Assembly: GCA_964552045.1 (NCBI GenBank)
Contig: CAZKFF010000009.1
Span: forward strand, 1-52,510
Reading direction: 5' to 3'
DNA from: an uncultured Candidatus Saccharibacteria bacterium
Lineage (GTDB): Bacteria; Patescibacteriota; Minisyncoccia; Phycocordibacterales; UBA918
DNA: 52,510 nt
The position numbers and the translations under genes were made by a program. Every line of letters starts with the position of its first letter. The stretch's first letter is position 1. Below are positions 9,954 to 19,869 of this stretch, piece by piece. Below the pieces are notes generated by a model, which did not search any database, was not told the origin of the DNA, and was given only the letters and a program-made list of their open reading frames with translations.

Positions 9954-12719
9954 ATGAACGAGCGATTTACCCCTCAGAACGAACAGCCCAACAAAAGCGA
10001 ACAGGCGCGGCTCGAGAGCAATTACCGTGTATTTGAAGACCTGAAACGGGAACTCGACATACGCGGAGGCGGTGCTGTATGGTACCGCGGACTTTTCAAC
10101 CATGGCATTAACTACGCAAAAGTATTCAATTATCTCACGGTCATTCCTGCGCACGACCGAGAGTTCCGTGATGGTATTTATCATGTCGTGGAGTTGCAGC
10201 TGCGATTCCAGCGGCAGCTTCAGACGCTGCAACAGCGTGCCGACGAACAGAATCGGACACTCGATATCCCCGGGAAAGAACTGCACGCGCTAACAGAAGC
10301 TGCCCGGAGCTTAAAGAAGATGCAGGATCGATATCTGCGCGGGAGATCGAATTCACAGAAACAGATATCAGAGTTTGAGCTGCAGAAACAGGCTAGGGAA
10401 GCGGAAAAGGTCTTCGTCGACCTCTGGGAAAAGGCACAGAAAGTAGGCGAGATTCCCTGGCCCTACGATGAGATAGTCGAAGAGCAGAAGACAGAGACAA
10501 AGCTCCAAAGCGAAAATGGAGGGCCACAGAGACCAACAGAAGCATCACCGGGCAGTTCGGATGCTGCGCCAGAAGGAGAAAAAGAGCCGTCGCAAGAACA
10601 GAGCGGAGGAGGTGGCGATAACGGCGGCGGTGGAGATGATACTGGTGCCGGAGAGGAGCCGAAGTCGGAGCGGGAACCCTTCGAGTTCCATCCGGAAATG
10701 CTTAGGACTGTAAGCGGCAGGGCCAGAGTCTTCAGAGAAATGGTCCGTATGTACAATGACGTGCGCCAGAAACGCGATGCACTCGGGTTCGGCGAGGAAC
10801 GCGATGCCGAAGGCAATCTTGTCCATAAAGCGTATCGCAATGTGAAGAACGTGGATTTCGACGGTTTTCTCTCCTTCAGACGGCGCTATAGCATGCTCAA
10901 GGAACGCATCGTCGAGTACACCAACAGAAGCACACAGCGTGATGCGGAGGGGAAGATAACCGAAACTGCAATTGAAATAGAGCTCACGCCGAAAGAAGTA
11001 GAAGACTTTGCAAAAGGATTCAGTTTTTTGACAGCATATTACGGCCGCGCTGAACGTTTTGGACAACCCGATACGAACAATAACACACAGGAGTCCTCTG
11101 CTGCACAGGAAGCGTCCGAACCTTCTGCGGAGGCAGATGCACCGGACATGCAGCATGCACCTGAGCCTGAGCCTTCATCGCACCACGAACAGGCGGCGGA
11201 ACCCGAAAGTGAAGCTGCATCTGGAGGACAGCCTGAACCAGAGTCCGAGCCTGAAGCGCACAACCAAACGCATGCAGAACATGGACCTGCGGAAGAGAAG
11301 GAAGGCAAGGCCTATGAACAACGGCTAGAGATCCGCAATGCATGGCGCGTAAAGAAAGAGGCCTTTGAGAGCGCCTATGATGCATTTCTCACGCAGGAAG
11401 AGAGAAGGAAAAGTACGCTTGGTGGCAAACTGAGTTTTTGGAAGAAACCGCAGCAGCCGCAGGCATTGCAGGATGCGGAACGGGAATATCAGGAAGCGCG
11501 CGCTGCGTATGCACGTTCGCTTGATTCTGCGCTTGGACAGCGGATCACGGGCATATCGCTCAGTCTGAAGGGCAACGAGCGTCCTCAGGAAGAGAAGATC
11601 CCGGCGCTCCGTGCTGCGCTTGCGAACCGGTTCGTACTTGGGGCTGCGCACGACAAGCTGCGCATCGAGAAGGAATATCTGCCCACAGACAGCCGCAGCC
11701 TGCGGGTCTTCGAGGATCTGCAGAAGTCACTTAAGAAGCATCGTACGTTCATCCGTGCCGGAGGATATGCGATGGTCACCGGCATCGGGCTTGTCTCCGG
11801 CGGTATCGCTGCGGCAGTGATCGCGCTTGCCGGCAAGGAACTGCAGACCAAAGTATCTGCGGCATTCATCGCAGGCGGGGCTACTGTGGGTGCGGCTGTC
11901 GGCAACAGCATCAGTGAGAACATCATCGCGTATCAGGGACGCAGGCGCGACTCTGCCATGCAGAAGGCGCAGCGCAGTTTCAGCGTTGAGTCGCTTCAGG
12001 CGCTTGAGGATGCATATCTCGAAGGTTATCGCGGTCACGAGAAGGCAGTCCGCAGTAAAAAATTGGTCGTGGGCGCAGGCGCGCTTGCCGGAGGAGTGCT
12101 CGGTGCAGCTATTGCAGGGAATCTTGATGAGCTTACTGACATGCCGGAACTTCCGATCGAGCCGGAACCGACAGAACCGGAAGAACCGGTCATTGTCGTT
12201 CCGGATGAACCGGAGGAGCCATCGGCCCCTGAAGTCGAAGAGGAGCCGGCACCGGAAGAACCTGAGCCTGAACCAGAAGAGCCTGCACCGATCCCTGAAC
12301 CAGAAGAGCCTGTACCTGAACCGATTCCCGACGAGCCGGAGCGTCCGGATGAGATCATGGACGATCCCATTCAGGACGAGCCCGCTGTGGAAGAGATAGA
12401 GGAGCCGGAAAAGGAAGATCAGGATACTCCTGAAGTGCCGGAATTACTCCATACGTTTGAATCCGGCAGCAGGGTGGACACGGTTTCTGAAGCGCTCTTT
12501 GAGTCATGGAAGGATGATCCCGAATTGGTGCAGAGCGACTTTACAAAAAAAGAATTCCTTGCAGAGATGTATACCGCAATTGCTGAGATCGAAAAGGATC
12601 CAGGTCTCAACGCAGATCTCATGGAACAGATGGGCATCACCTCCGGCGATATCGACAAAGTACAGGTGGGGCAGACCATTAACCTGCAGCCGTTCTTTGA
12701 ATACCTCAATAACAAGTAG
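9954..12719 (+). CDS. Large hypothetical membrane protein: helical N-terminus, Gly/Ala-rich hydrophobic segments, Pro/Glu-rich stalk, possible LysM-like C-terminus
   Basis: 921-aa ORF; GGATVGAAVG and GALAGGVLGAAIAG segments; PEPEEP repeats; C-terminal DTVSEAL...GITSGDIDKVQVGQTINL. Confidence 0.75.
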   Translation: MNERFTPQNEQPNKSEQARLESNYRVFEDLKRELDIRGGGAVWYRGLFNHGINYAKVFNYLTVIPAHDREFRDGIYHVVELQLRFQRQLQTLQQRADEQNRTLDIPGKELHALTEAARSLKKMQDRYLRGRSNSQKQISEFELQKQAREAEKVFVDLWEKAQKVGEIPWPYDEIVEEQKTETKLQSENGGPQRPTEASPGSSDAAPEGEKEPSQEQSGGGGDNGGGGDDTGAGEEPKSEREPFEFHPEMLRTVSGRARVFREMVRMYNDVRQKRDALGFGEERDAEGNLVHKAYRNVKNVDFDGFLSFRRRYSMLKERIVEYTNRSTQRDAEGKITETAIEIELTPKEVEDFAKGFSFLTAYYGRAERFGQPDTNNNTQESSAAQEASEPSAEADAPDMQHAPEPEPSSHHEQAAEPESEAASGGQPEPESEPEAHNQTHAEHGPAEEKEGKAYEQRLEIRNAWRVKKEAFESAYDAFLTQEERRKSTLGGKLSFWKKPQQPQALQDAEREYQEARAAYARSLDSALGQRITGISLSLKGNERPQEEKIPALRAALANRFVLGAAHDKLRIEKEYLPTDSRSLRVFEDLQKSLKKHRTFIRAGGYAMVTGIGLVSGGIAAAVIALAGKELQTKVSAAFIAGGATVGAAVGNSISENIIAYQGRRRDSAMQKAQRSFSVESLQALEDAYLEGYRGHEKAVRSKKLVVGAGALAGGVLGAAIAGNLDELTDMPELPIEPEPTEPEEPVIVVPDEPEEPSAPEVEEEPAPEEPEPEPEEPAPIPEPEEPVPEPIPDEPERPDEIMDDPIQDEPAVEEIEEPEKEDQDTPEVPELLHTFESGSRVDTVSEALFESWKDDPELVQSDFTKKEFLAEMYTAIAEIEKDPGLNADLMEQMGITSGDIDKVQVGQTINLQPFFEYLNNK

Positions 12720-12731
12720 TACTATGAAACT

Positions 12732-13070
12732 ATGTCATTCTCGCTTTTAAAACAGAATCTTGCACAGGTGCTCGGCATTACGGAGCTTCCATTGGAAGAG
12801 CAGGCAGCGTTTCTCTCAGAGGTTGGCGACGTCATCTTCGAAACTTCGCTTGTACGTCTAGTGTCGTCGCTTGGTGAAGAACAGCAGCAGTCGCTTGAGC
12901 AATATCTTGAAACAGAGCCTGAGCCTGAGGTGCTGCTTACACATCTGCTTGAACACCACAAGAATTTTGAACAGATCCTGGAAGAGGTAGTGCTGGAATT
13001 CAAGGAAGATGCACTGAAGGTGCTTGAGGATAAAAAAGACAGCGTGGAAGACATCATCATCGCTGACTAA
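12732..13070 (+). CDS. Small acidic helical protein (resembles CPR DUF5663-type proteins)
   Basis: LGITELPLEEQAAFLSEVG...HHKNFEQILEEVVLEFK pattern; family assignment from memory. Confidence 0.65.
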   Translation: MSFSLLKQNLAQVLGITELPLEEQAAFLSEVGDVIFETSLVRLVSSLGEEQQQSLEQYLETEPEPEVLLTHLLEHHKNFEQILEEVVLEFKEDALKVLEDKKDSVEDIIIAD

Positions 13071-13135
13071 TCGACGCAGTAATACACAGTCAGTTTTCAT
13101 ACCCCGTCTGCTGCATTGTTGTATACTATTGAGAC

Positions 13136-14671
13136 ATGGCGAACACTATGGGTGGTTCTTTACAGGATGGTTCTTTGACGATTGCAGGCACGCAGCGGAC
13201 TTTCGATATGGGCAGCGAGAACGATGTGCTCGCACTCCTTAAGGTTGTCCATCAGAACCCTATAGACGCGTCAATAAAGAACCACCTCCGCGATCTGATC
13301 TTTACATACAAGCAGAGCTTGTCTGCGGATGACCTACGGAATGTAGAGCAGGGGTTCATTCCTTTCGGCATAGAGATCACAGCAGCTCCGGCTGCGGCGG
13401 TTCCTGCGGCGTCTGTTTCTGTCGTGAAGAGAGAGCCCCGACAGCGGACGCTCGGCATATCGCGGCCGCAGCCGGTATTCACAATGTCCGCCCCCGCGAA
13501 AAAGCGGGTGATCCGTACCGTCAGGGAAGGTGAAGGGGTAGTGATGCCGACCATACACAAAGAAATGACGCACGCAGAGCACACAGAACCAAAGCCGACT
13601 GCACCTACGGCAGTTCCCGCTGATACGAAACCCGCAGCGACATCAGCACCTGAGCCCGTGCAGGCGTCCGAACCGGTACCTGCATCAGCTGAACCCGCTG
13701 CAGTGTTTACGGGCGATCCGACTGAACGTATCAAGGAGATCAAACGTCTCGTAAATGAGAAGGTCGGCAATCCGGTCAACCTCATCGAGACGCACAACGA
13801 ACTCGGGAGGGAATACATGGCCGCCCTACTTGATGCGATGAAAAAAGCGAACGGAGGCGCTTCCGGCGGCATCAGTGCTGCAATGGAGCGGCTTGAGGCA
13901 GCGTTCAAAAACGTGCAGGATCAGGTGCTTTCTTCACCCGAACCTTTGCGTGCACAGGCTCCCAAACCACCACAACCTACAGCACTCAAAACGGAGGTAC
14001 CCACAATGAAGGAAATGCCGCCTGCGATCTCCGCTGAACTGATGTCGGCCCCAAAAGCTCAGACAGAAAATAATGCAGAGCCGCACAGTGCTCTGTCTGT
14101 TGCATCTGCTGCTTCCGCACGTGAGACTACTCCAAAAACGCCCATGCCTTCGGTCAGACAGCAGCTTACCCAGGCTCAAACTCAGGATTCAACACCAACA
14201 CCAACACCATCTCCGGCTGTACGGCAAACCAGTGAAAGCAGTATGCACTCGGTAGCGAAAGAAAAGCAGCTGCAGGACTTGTTGCGCGCTAACAGAGAAA
14301 AGGAGATCCTCACGCAAAAGCAGCAGGAAGAAGCACGCGTTGCCGCCATGGACCCGCTGATGGCGCCGGATGTGGATAGCGGCCTGAACCAATTGCTTTC
14401 GGAATGGGACCTTTTCAGGAAAAGCGGTTTTCTCGGCACGGGGCCGAAAGGCAGAGAGCATCCGCTCTTCAAAAAACTCGCACCGCTTACTATGGCAGCG
14501 GTCATCGCCGGACGGTTTGAAGGCTCTTCGACCCCGATCAAACAGGATATCGCTGACACGATGAACGGATGGCGTTATGCAGAAGGGATCATCCATGAGC
14601 ACGGCGAGACCTTTGAGCACTATCTGCGCCGCGTCGTCCGGCATATTCTCGTCCGGCAGAACCGGAAGTAG
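13136..14671 (+). CDS. Hypothetical protein with Pro/Ala/Thr-rich linkers and globular C-terminal domain
   Basis: 511-aa ORF, co-oriented with neighbours; -10-like box just upstream. Confidence 0.75.
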   Translation: MANTMGGSLQDGSLTIAGTQRTFDMGSENDVLALLKVVHQNPIDASIKNHLRDLIFTYKQSLSADDLRNVEQGFIPFGIEITAAPAAAVPAASVSVVKREPRQRTLGISRPQPVFTMSAPAKKRVIRTVREGEGVVMPTIHKEMTHAEHTEPKPTAPTAVPADTKPAATSAPEPVQASEPVPASAEPAAVFTGDPTERIKEIKRLVNEKVGNPVNLIETHNELGREYMAALLDAMKKANGGASGGISAAMERLEAAFKNVQDQVLSSPEPLRAQAPKPPQPTALKTEVPTMKEMPPAISAELMSAPKAQTENNAEPHSALSVASAASARETTPKTPMPSVRQQLTQAQTQDSTPTPTPSPAVRQTSESSMHSVAKEKQLQDLLRANREKEILTQKQQEEARVAAMDPLMAPDVDSGLNQLLSEWDLFRKSGFLGTGPKGREHPLFKKLAPLTMAAVIAGRFEGSSTPIKQDIADTMNGWRYAEGIIHEHGETFEHYLRRVVRHILVRQNRK

Positions 14672-14703
14672 ACGGAACGCCTTGTGTCATCCATAATGGA
14701 CGG

Positions 14704-15315
14704 ATGGATGAACACCACGCAACACTCCTGTGTGCCGATACACTTGCGTCTGCCGCGCTTCCTGATGCGTACCGACAGCAGTCAGCTGATGTGCTTCATG
14801 TGGTCAGAGAGCGGTTTGGCATTGATGATGCGCGTGAATTGTCAGCTATCGCTTCGCAGACGCCGTTTGCTGCTCCGGTGCGGGTGTTTGTGGTCGTTGC
14901 AGGGGATATCGCACCCGAAGCACAGAACGCGCTTTTGAAACTCTTCGAAGAACCGCCGAAGCATGCCCGGTTTTATCTTATCGTTCCATCGGTTTCATTC
15001 CTGTTGCCGACGCTCCGGTCGCGGCTCCACTCCCCAAGCGGCGGAGCATCTCAGGATGTGTATGTGGACAGTTTTTCGGCTTTTCGCAACGCGTCATATG
15101 GAGAACGTCTTGTACTCATTGCACAGCTGGCGAAAGACAAAAACAGAGAGGCGATGGAGGCGATCATACGAGGCTGCGAGCATGCAGCGCAATGTGAAGA
15201 TCTGCAGAACGCAGCATTGCTGCGTTCGGTGCTCTTTGTTCGAACATACAGCGGCAGCCGCGGGGCTTCGCTGAAAATGCTTCTCGAGGAGCTTGCGCTG
15301 ACTCTGCCTGCGTAA
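14704..15315 (+). CDS. holB: Short DNA polymerase III delta'-like clamp loader subunit
   Basis: FGIDDAREL, EAQNALLKLFEEPP and LLPTLRSR motifs; no N-terminal P-loop. Confidence 0.75.
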   Translation: MDEHHATLLCADTLASAALPDAYRQQSADVLHVVRERFGIDDARELSAIASQTPFAAPVRVFVVVAGDIAPEAQNALLKLFEEPPKHARFYLIVPSVSFLLPTLRSRLHSPSGGASQDVYVDSFSAFRNASYGERLVLIAQLAKDKNREAMEAIIRGCEHAAQCEDLQNAALLRSVLFVRTYSGSRGASLKMLLEELALTLPA

Positions 15316-15354
15316 CGGTATTATGCTACAATGCCGTTTATAGATATATACAAT

Positions 15355-15894
15355 ATGAATGATTTTGAATCGCGTTTAAAGGATGTGGGTGAATGGCTCG
15401 CAACAGAATACAGCAGCATCCGGACCGGACAGGCAACTCCTGCGCTTCTCGATGGCGTCAAGGTCGAGAGTTATGGTTCATTGATGTCTCTGCAGCAGGT
15501 TGCATCCGTGGGAGTTGAGGATGCGCGGACCCTCCGCATATCGCCGTGGGATGCGAGCCTCGTAAAGGTGATCGAAACCGCGGTTCGTGATGCTGATCTC
15601 GGCGTATCAGTGGTGACCGACTCTTCGGGTCTGCGTGTTGTCTTTCCTGAGCTCACCGGCGAACGACGCGTGCAGCTTCTGAAACTTGCAAAAAATAAGC
15701 TCGAGGAAGCGCGCGTGTCTGTGCGTGCGGCGCGTGATGAGATCATGAAAGAGATCGATAAACAACTGAAAGACGGTGATATAAGTGAGGATGAGAAGTT
15801 CGCCCAGAAAGAGGAAGCTCAGAAAAGGGTCGATGCTGCCAACCGTTCACTTGATGCGTCATACGAAAAGAAAGAGGCTGAGATACATAAATAG
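15355..15894 (+). CDS. frr: Ribosome recycling factor
   Basis: IRTGQATPALLD, ISPWD, FPELTGERR and ARVSVRAAR motifs; ATG at 15355 preferred. Confidence 0.96.
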   Translation: MNDFESRLKDVGEWLATEYSSIRTGQATPALLDGVKVESYGSLMSLQQVASVGVEDARTLRISPWDASLVKVIETAVRDADLGVSVVTDSSGLRVVFPELTGERRVQLLKLAKNKLEEARVSVRAARDEIMKEIDKQLKDGDISEDEKFAQKEEAQKRVDAANRSLDASYEKKEAEIHK

Positions 15895-15898
15895 CTGT

Positions 15899-16990
15899 AT
15901 GACTATACTCCTTTTTTTCCTTGTGCTGTTTGTGCTCATCCTTGTGCATGAGTGGGGCCACTTTATTGTGGCGAAGAAAACCGGCATGCGTGTTGACGAG
16001 TTCGGCATTGGGTTTCCGCCCAAGCTGTTCGGCATCAGAAAAGGAGAAACCGAATACACGTTCAATGCGCTCCCCATAGGCGGGTTCGTTCGCATCTTCG
16101 GAGAAAATGCACAGGATGCAGCAGAATCATCTCAGGAGGGGAAAGATATCTCCCGGTCATTCACTGCAAAGAGCAAATGGGCGCAGATCGCGGTCCTTGT
16201 CGCCGGTGTTTCCATGAATGTGCTGTTCGCATGGCTTCTGTTCTTCCTGGTGTTTCTTATCGGCGTTCCGACAGCGGTTGATGAACAGGATGCGTCCGAC
16301 GCCGCGCAGCTCGTGGTTATCGAGGTTCTTCCGGAAAGTCCCGCTGCACAAGCGGGGATCCCTGTCGGCGCTGTCGTTACGAGCTACAACGCAGAAGAAG
16401 GCGAAGCGCTGACCCCGTCAGCCTTCGGTGCATTCACAAGCGATCAGGATTCACTTGTTTTGGAATATGAAGCCGGCGGCAGTGTTCATACGGCACAGTT
16501 GCAGCCCCAAGAAGGTCTTATCGAAGCGGATCAGAACAAACAGGCTATCGGAGTTGCTCTGTCGCTGGTGGAGACAGTCCGCAAACCCATTCATACTGCG
16601 TTATATGATGCGACGGCCACAACCGGCAAGACTCTTGTTGCTATCACTGTCGGCATCTTCAGCCTGCTTCGGGACATTTTCCAGCTTGACGCCGATCTCT
16701 CGCAGGTTGCGGGGCCGGTTGGCATTGTCGGTCTGGTCGGCGATGCGGCTGAGTTCGGTCTTTCCTCGCTTCTGATGTTCACTGCGGTTATCTCGCTTAA
16801 CCTCGCGGTCATCAATCTGTTGCCGTTCCCGGCGCTTGATGGCGGAAGGCTCCTGTTTGTCGGTATCGAAGCGCTCATACGGAAGCCAATTGATCCCATC
16901 TGGGTCTCCCGCCTGAACACGCTCGGATTTGTTCTCCTGATGGCGCTCATGGTCGCGGTGACATACAGCGATATCACAAAGCTTCTCTAA
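15899..16990 (+). CDS. rseP: RIP metalloprotease RseP (site-2 protease, M50, PDZ)
   Basis: HEWGH, FGIGFPP, PIGGFVRI and NLLPFPALDGG motifs; true start MTILLFF at 15899. Confidence 0.95.
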   Translation: MTILLFFLVLFVLILVHEWGHFIVAKKTGMRVDEFGIGFPPKLFGIRKGETEYTFNALPIGGFVRIFGENAQDAAESSQEGKDISRSFTAKSKWAQIAVLVAGVSMNVLFAWLLFFLVFLIGVPTAVDEQDASDAAQLVVIEVLPESPAAQAGIPVGAVVTSYNAEEGEALTPSAFGAFTSDQDSLVLEYEAGGSVHTAQLQPQEGLIEADQNKQAIGVALSLVETVRKPIHTALYDATATTGKTLVAITVGIFSLLRDIFQLDADLSQVAGPVGIVGLVGDAAEFGLSSLLMFTAVISLNLAVINLLPFPALDGGRLLFVGIEALIRKPIDPIWVSRLNTLGFVLLMALMVAVTYSDITKLL

Positions 16991-17015
16991 TTTTGGCACA
17001 GCAAATAATATAAGA

Positions 17016-17041
17016 ACAGCCCCGGCGGTTGTCGGGGCTGT
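17016..17041. terminator. Hairpin between convergent genes
   Basis: acagccccggc-ggtt-gtcggggctgt inverted repeat. Confidence 0.55.
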
Positions 17042-17066
17042 GTTGTACGTGGCGGCCGGTTTCCTG

Positions 17067-17324
17067 CTACTTCTTCATGAGCCTGTCGCCCCAGTAGATG
17101 AGGACCAGACCGAAGCAGACAAAGAGGAGGGAGCTGCAGAGGGCAAGGTACTGTTTGAACATCTCGGTGTCCTTCAGCGTGCCGAGCTCGACAAGCGCCT
17201 TCTGCCAGACCCCGCTGAGATACGCGAAGCCGCCGTAGAAGTCGATGAAGAGGTATGCTCCGTAGAGGAAGATGATGATCCCGAATGTGATCACCACCAT
17301 TCCGGCGATTTTGCGAAGAACCAT
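17067..17324 (-). CDS. Hypothetical two-TM membrane protein
   Basis: Two hydrophobic segments; AGGAG SD and TTGACA upstream. Confidence 0.65.
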   Translation of the reverse strand: MVLRKIAGMVVITFGIIIFLYGAYLFIDFYGGFAYLSGVWQKALVELGTLKDTEMFKQYLALCSSLLFVCFGLVLIYWGDRLMKK

Positions 17325-17393
17325 TTCAGTCTCCTGTGAGAGTGATCCAATAATGCTACAAAATCAAAAACTGTCAAATATCAGGCAATAAAA

Positions 17394-17520
17394 TTGAAAT
17401 ACGCGCACGGTAAGGTAGAATGATGGCATTATGCGCGCAAGACAGCAGTTTTGCGTGTAGGGATTGTATGCATCAACTACATCATCAGATGCCCGCAAGG
17501 GAGGACATACTTTTTGCTTT
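17394..17520 (+). promoter_or_regulatory. proS promoter (TTGAAA-N16-TAGAAT) and structured 5' leader
   Basis: Hairpin at 17432-17459; multibranch stem at 17466-17510 followed by a T-run. Confidence 0.4.
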
Positions 17521-17539
17521 TATTAACTAGATACTGTTT

Positions 17540-18793
17540 ATGCGACAATCACAACTATTTACGAAGACACGGAAAGAAGCGCCTTCCGACGAGGTGGCGA
17601 AGAATGCCCAACTGCTCATCAGGGCGGGATATATTGCAAAAGAAATGGCCGGGGCGTATTCGTACCTGCCGCTTGGGCTAATGGTGCTTGAGAACATCAA
17701 GCAGATCGTCCGTGAGGAAATGAATGCTGTAGGCGGCCAGGAGCTCATCATGACCACGCTCCAGCGGAAAGAGCTCTGGGAACGGACAAGCCGATGGAAC
17801 GATGAGGTTGTGGATGTGTGGTTCAAATCTGAACTGAAAGCCGGAGGCGAGATCGGGTTCGGCTGGAGCCATGAGGAGCCGATCGGCGAAATGATGAAGA
17901 ACTATATCTCAAGCTACAAAGACATGCCGATCTCTGTGTACCAGTTCCAGACGAAGCTCCGCAATGAGATGCGGGCGAAAAGCGGCATTATGCGCGGCCG
18001 GGAGTTCGTCATGAAAGATATGTACTCGTTCTGCGCTGATAAGGAATCCCACGAAGCGTATTATGAATCGACCAAACCCGCGTATATGAAGATCTACGAG
18101 CGGCTCGGGATCGGGGCGGACACGTTTATCACGTTCGCGGCAGGAGGCGCATTCACACAATTCAGTCATGAGTTCCAGACCATCTGTGAAGCCGGAGAGG
18201 ATATCACCTACATCAACCGGGAAAAGAATATCGCGATAAATGCTGAAGTGCTTACCGATGAAACGCTGCAGTCCCTCGGCGTAACCAGAGATGAGTTGAC
18301 CGAAGTGAAGACTGCAGAAGTGGGGAATATCTTCAACTTCGGTCAGCAGAAAGCCACCGACCTGGGGCTAACGTATACAGACAGCGAGGGGAATGATGTG
18401 CCGGTGTGGATGGGGTCCTATGGCGTGGGCGTCACCCGCCTGATGGGTGTTTTGGTGGAAAAATTTGCCGACCAGAAGGGGATCGTGTGGCCCAAAAGCG
18501 TTGCCCCGTTCAGGGCGCATCTGGTCGGCCTCAACGCCGATGATCCGGAGATAAAGGATTTTGCGGACACGCTCTATGCGGAGCTCCAGGACCGTGACAT
18601 TGCTGTGCTGTATGACGACCGCGATGTCCGCACCGGGGAAAAATTTGCGGACGCCGACCTCATGGGCATGCCGTACCGCGTCATTGTCAGCAGGAAGACC
18701 AAGGAGGAAGGCCGCTTTGAAGTGGTGGAACGTGCAACCGGCGAAGTGTTCTATGCGACAGAAGAGGAGTTGTTCACTAAACTTTCCGCGTAA
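17540..18793 (+). CDS. proS: Proline--tRNA ligase (short form, no INS editing domain)
   Basis: MRQSQLF, LLIRAGYI, QTKLRNEMR..GIMRGREFVMKDMYSF, MGSYGVGVTR and GEKFADADLMG motifs. Confidence 0.95.
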   Translation: MRQSQLFTKTRKEAPSDEVAKNAQLLIRAGYIAKEMAGAYSYLPLGLMVLENIKQIVREEMNAVGGQELIMTTLQRKELWERTSRWNDEVVDVWFKSELKAGGEIGFGWSHEEPIGEMMKNYISSYKDMPISVYQFQTKLRNEMRAKSGIMRGREFVMKDMYSFCADKESHEAYYESTKPAYMKIYERLGIGADTFITFAAGGAFTQFSHEFQTICEAGEDITYINREKNIAINAEVLTDETLQSLGVTRDELTEVKTAEVGNIFNFGQQKATDLGLTYTDSEGNDVPVWMGSYGVGVTRLMGVLVEKFADQKGIVWPKSVAPFRAHLVGLNADDPEIKDFADTLYAELQDRDIAVLYDDRDVRTGEKFADADLMGMPYRVIVSRKTKEEGRFEVVERATGEVFYATEEELFTKLSA

Positions 18794-19869
18794 TGAAGTT
18801 CATCCTTAAACAGTTCGGCAAGATCGTTGACGCGGTATCGGTTGATATCGGCATTGATCTGGGCACCGCCAACACGCTCGTGTATGTCAAAGGCAAGGGC
18901 ATCGTGCTCAATGAACCCACTATCGTCGCGATAAACAAACGCACCGGCCAGCTCGTTGCTGTGGGGAATGAGGCGAAGACTATGCTCGGACGCACGCCGA
19001 ACCACATCGAAGTCGTCCGGCCGCTCGTGGACGGGGTCATCTCGGATTTCGAAGTAACCGAAGAGATGCTCGCGTACCTTATCAATAAAGTGCGCAATGA
19101 AACGAAGACCCTTGTTGCGCCGCGTGTGCTTGTTGGCGTGCCGTCGGGTATCACCAATGTGGAGATGCGCGCTGCGCGGGACGCTGCCAAAAATGCCGGC
19201 GCACGCGATGTCTTTCTCATAGAAGAGCCGATGGCTGCGGCGATAGGAGCGAAACTGCCCGTATCGAAAGCAGCAGGCAACATGATCATTGATATCGGCG
19301 GCGGGACCACCGATATCGCGGTCATATCGCTCAACGGCATCGTGACCGCCAAGAATCTTCGCGTTGCGGGGGATCATCTCAATGATGCGATCGTGAGCTA
19401 TATCCGCGACCAGTTCAAAGTGTTGGTTGGAGATAAAAGCGCAGAGGATGCGAAGATCATGCTCGCATCGGTCCAGCATGAAGAAGGCGGAAAGGAAATG
19501 GTCGTCCGGGGACGCGATGTCGTCACCGGTCTGCCGCGCGAGGTTATCATCACTGATACTGACATTCGTGCCGCGATATCGCACCAGATCGATACGATCG
19601 TCGAGGCGGTCCGCGCAGTGCTCGAGAAGACCCCTCCTGAAGTGCTTGCGGACGTCATGCAGCGCGGCATTCATGTATCAGGCGGCGGTGCGCTCATACC
19701 GGGCCTCAGCCTCCTGCTTGAAGAGGTCATGCAGGTTCCGGTCATTATCGTGCCCGATCCGCTCCGTGCAGTTGTACGGGGAACTGGTATTGTATTAGAG
19801 AACCTTGATGACTATGAAGAAATCCTCATTGATAACGAGGGCGAACTCTCGCCGTACCTCTCAGAGTAA
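18793..19869 (+). CDS. mreB: Rod shape-determining protein MreB (copy 2, in mre operon)
   Basis: IGIDLGTANT, RPLVDGVISDF, IDIGGGTTD and SGGGAL motifs; followed by mreC. Confidence 0.96.
   Translation: MKFILKQFGKIVDAVSVDIGIDLGTANTLVYVKGKGIVLNEPTIVAINKRTGQLVAVGNEAKTMLGRTPNHIEVVRPLVDGVISDFEVTEEMLAYLINKVRNETKTLVAPRVLVGVPSGITNVEMRAARDAAKNAGARDVFLIEEPMAAAIGAKLPVSKAAGNMIIDIGGGTTDIAVISLNGIVTAKNLRVAGDHLNDAIVSYIRDQFKVLVGDKSAEDAKIMLASVQHEEGGKEMVVRGRDVVTGLPREVIITDTDIRAAISHQIDTIVEAVRAVLEKTPPEVLADVMQRGIHVSGGGALIPGLSLLLEEVMQVPVIIVPDPLRAVVRGTGIVLENLDDYEEILIDNEGELSPYLSE

Noticed and set aside
12150-12440. PEPEEP-encoding repeats as a DNA repeat element
   Set aside because: Degenerate low-complexity coding sequence for a protein stalk.
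15785-15898. N-terminal extension of the rseP ORF
   Set aside because: It overlaps frr; the hydrophobic start MTILLFF at 15899 fits RseP.
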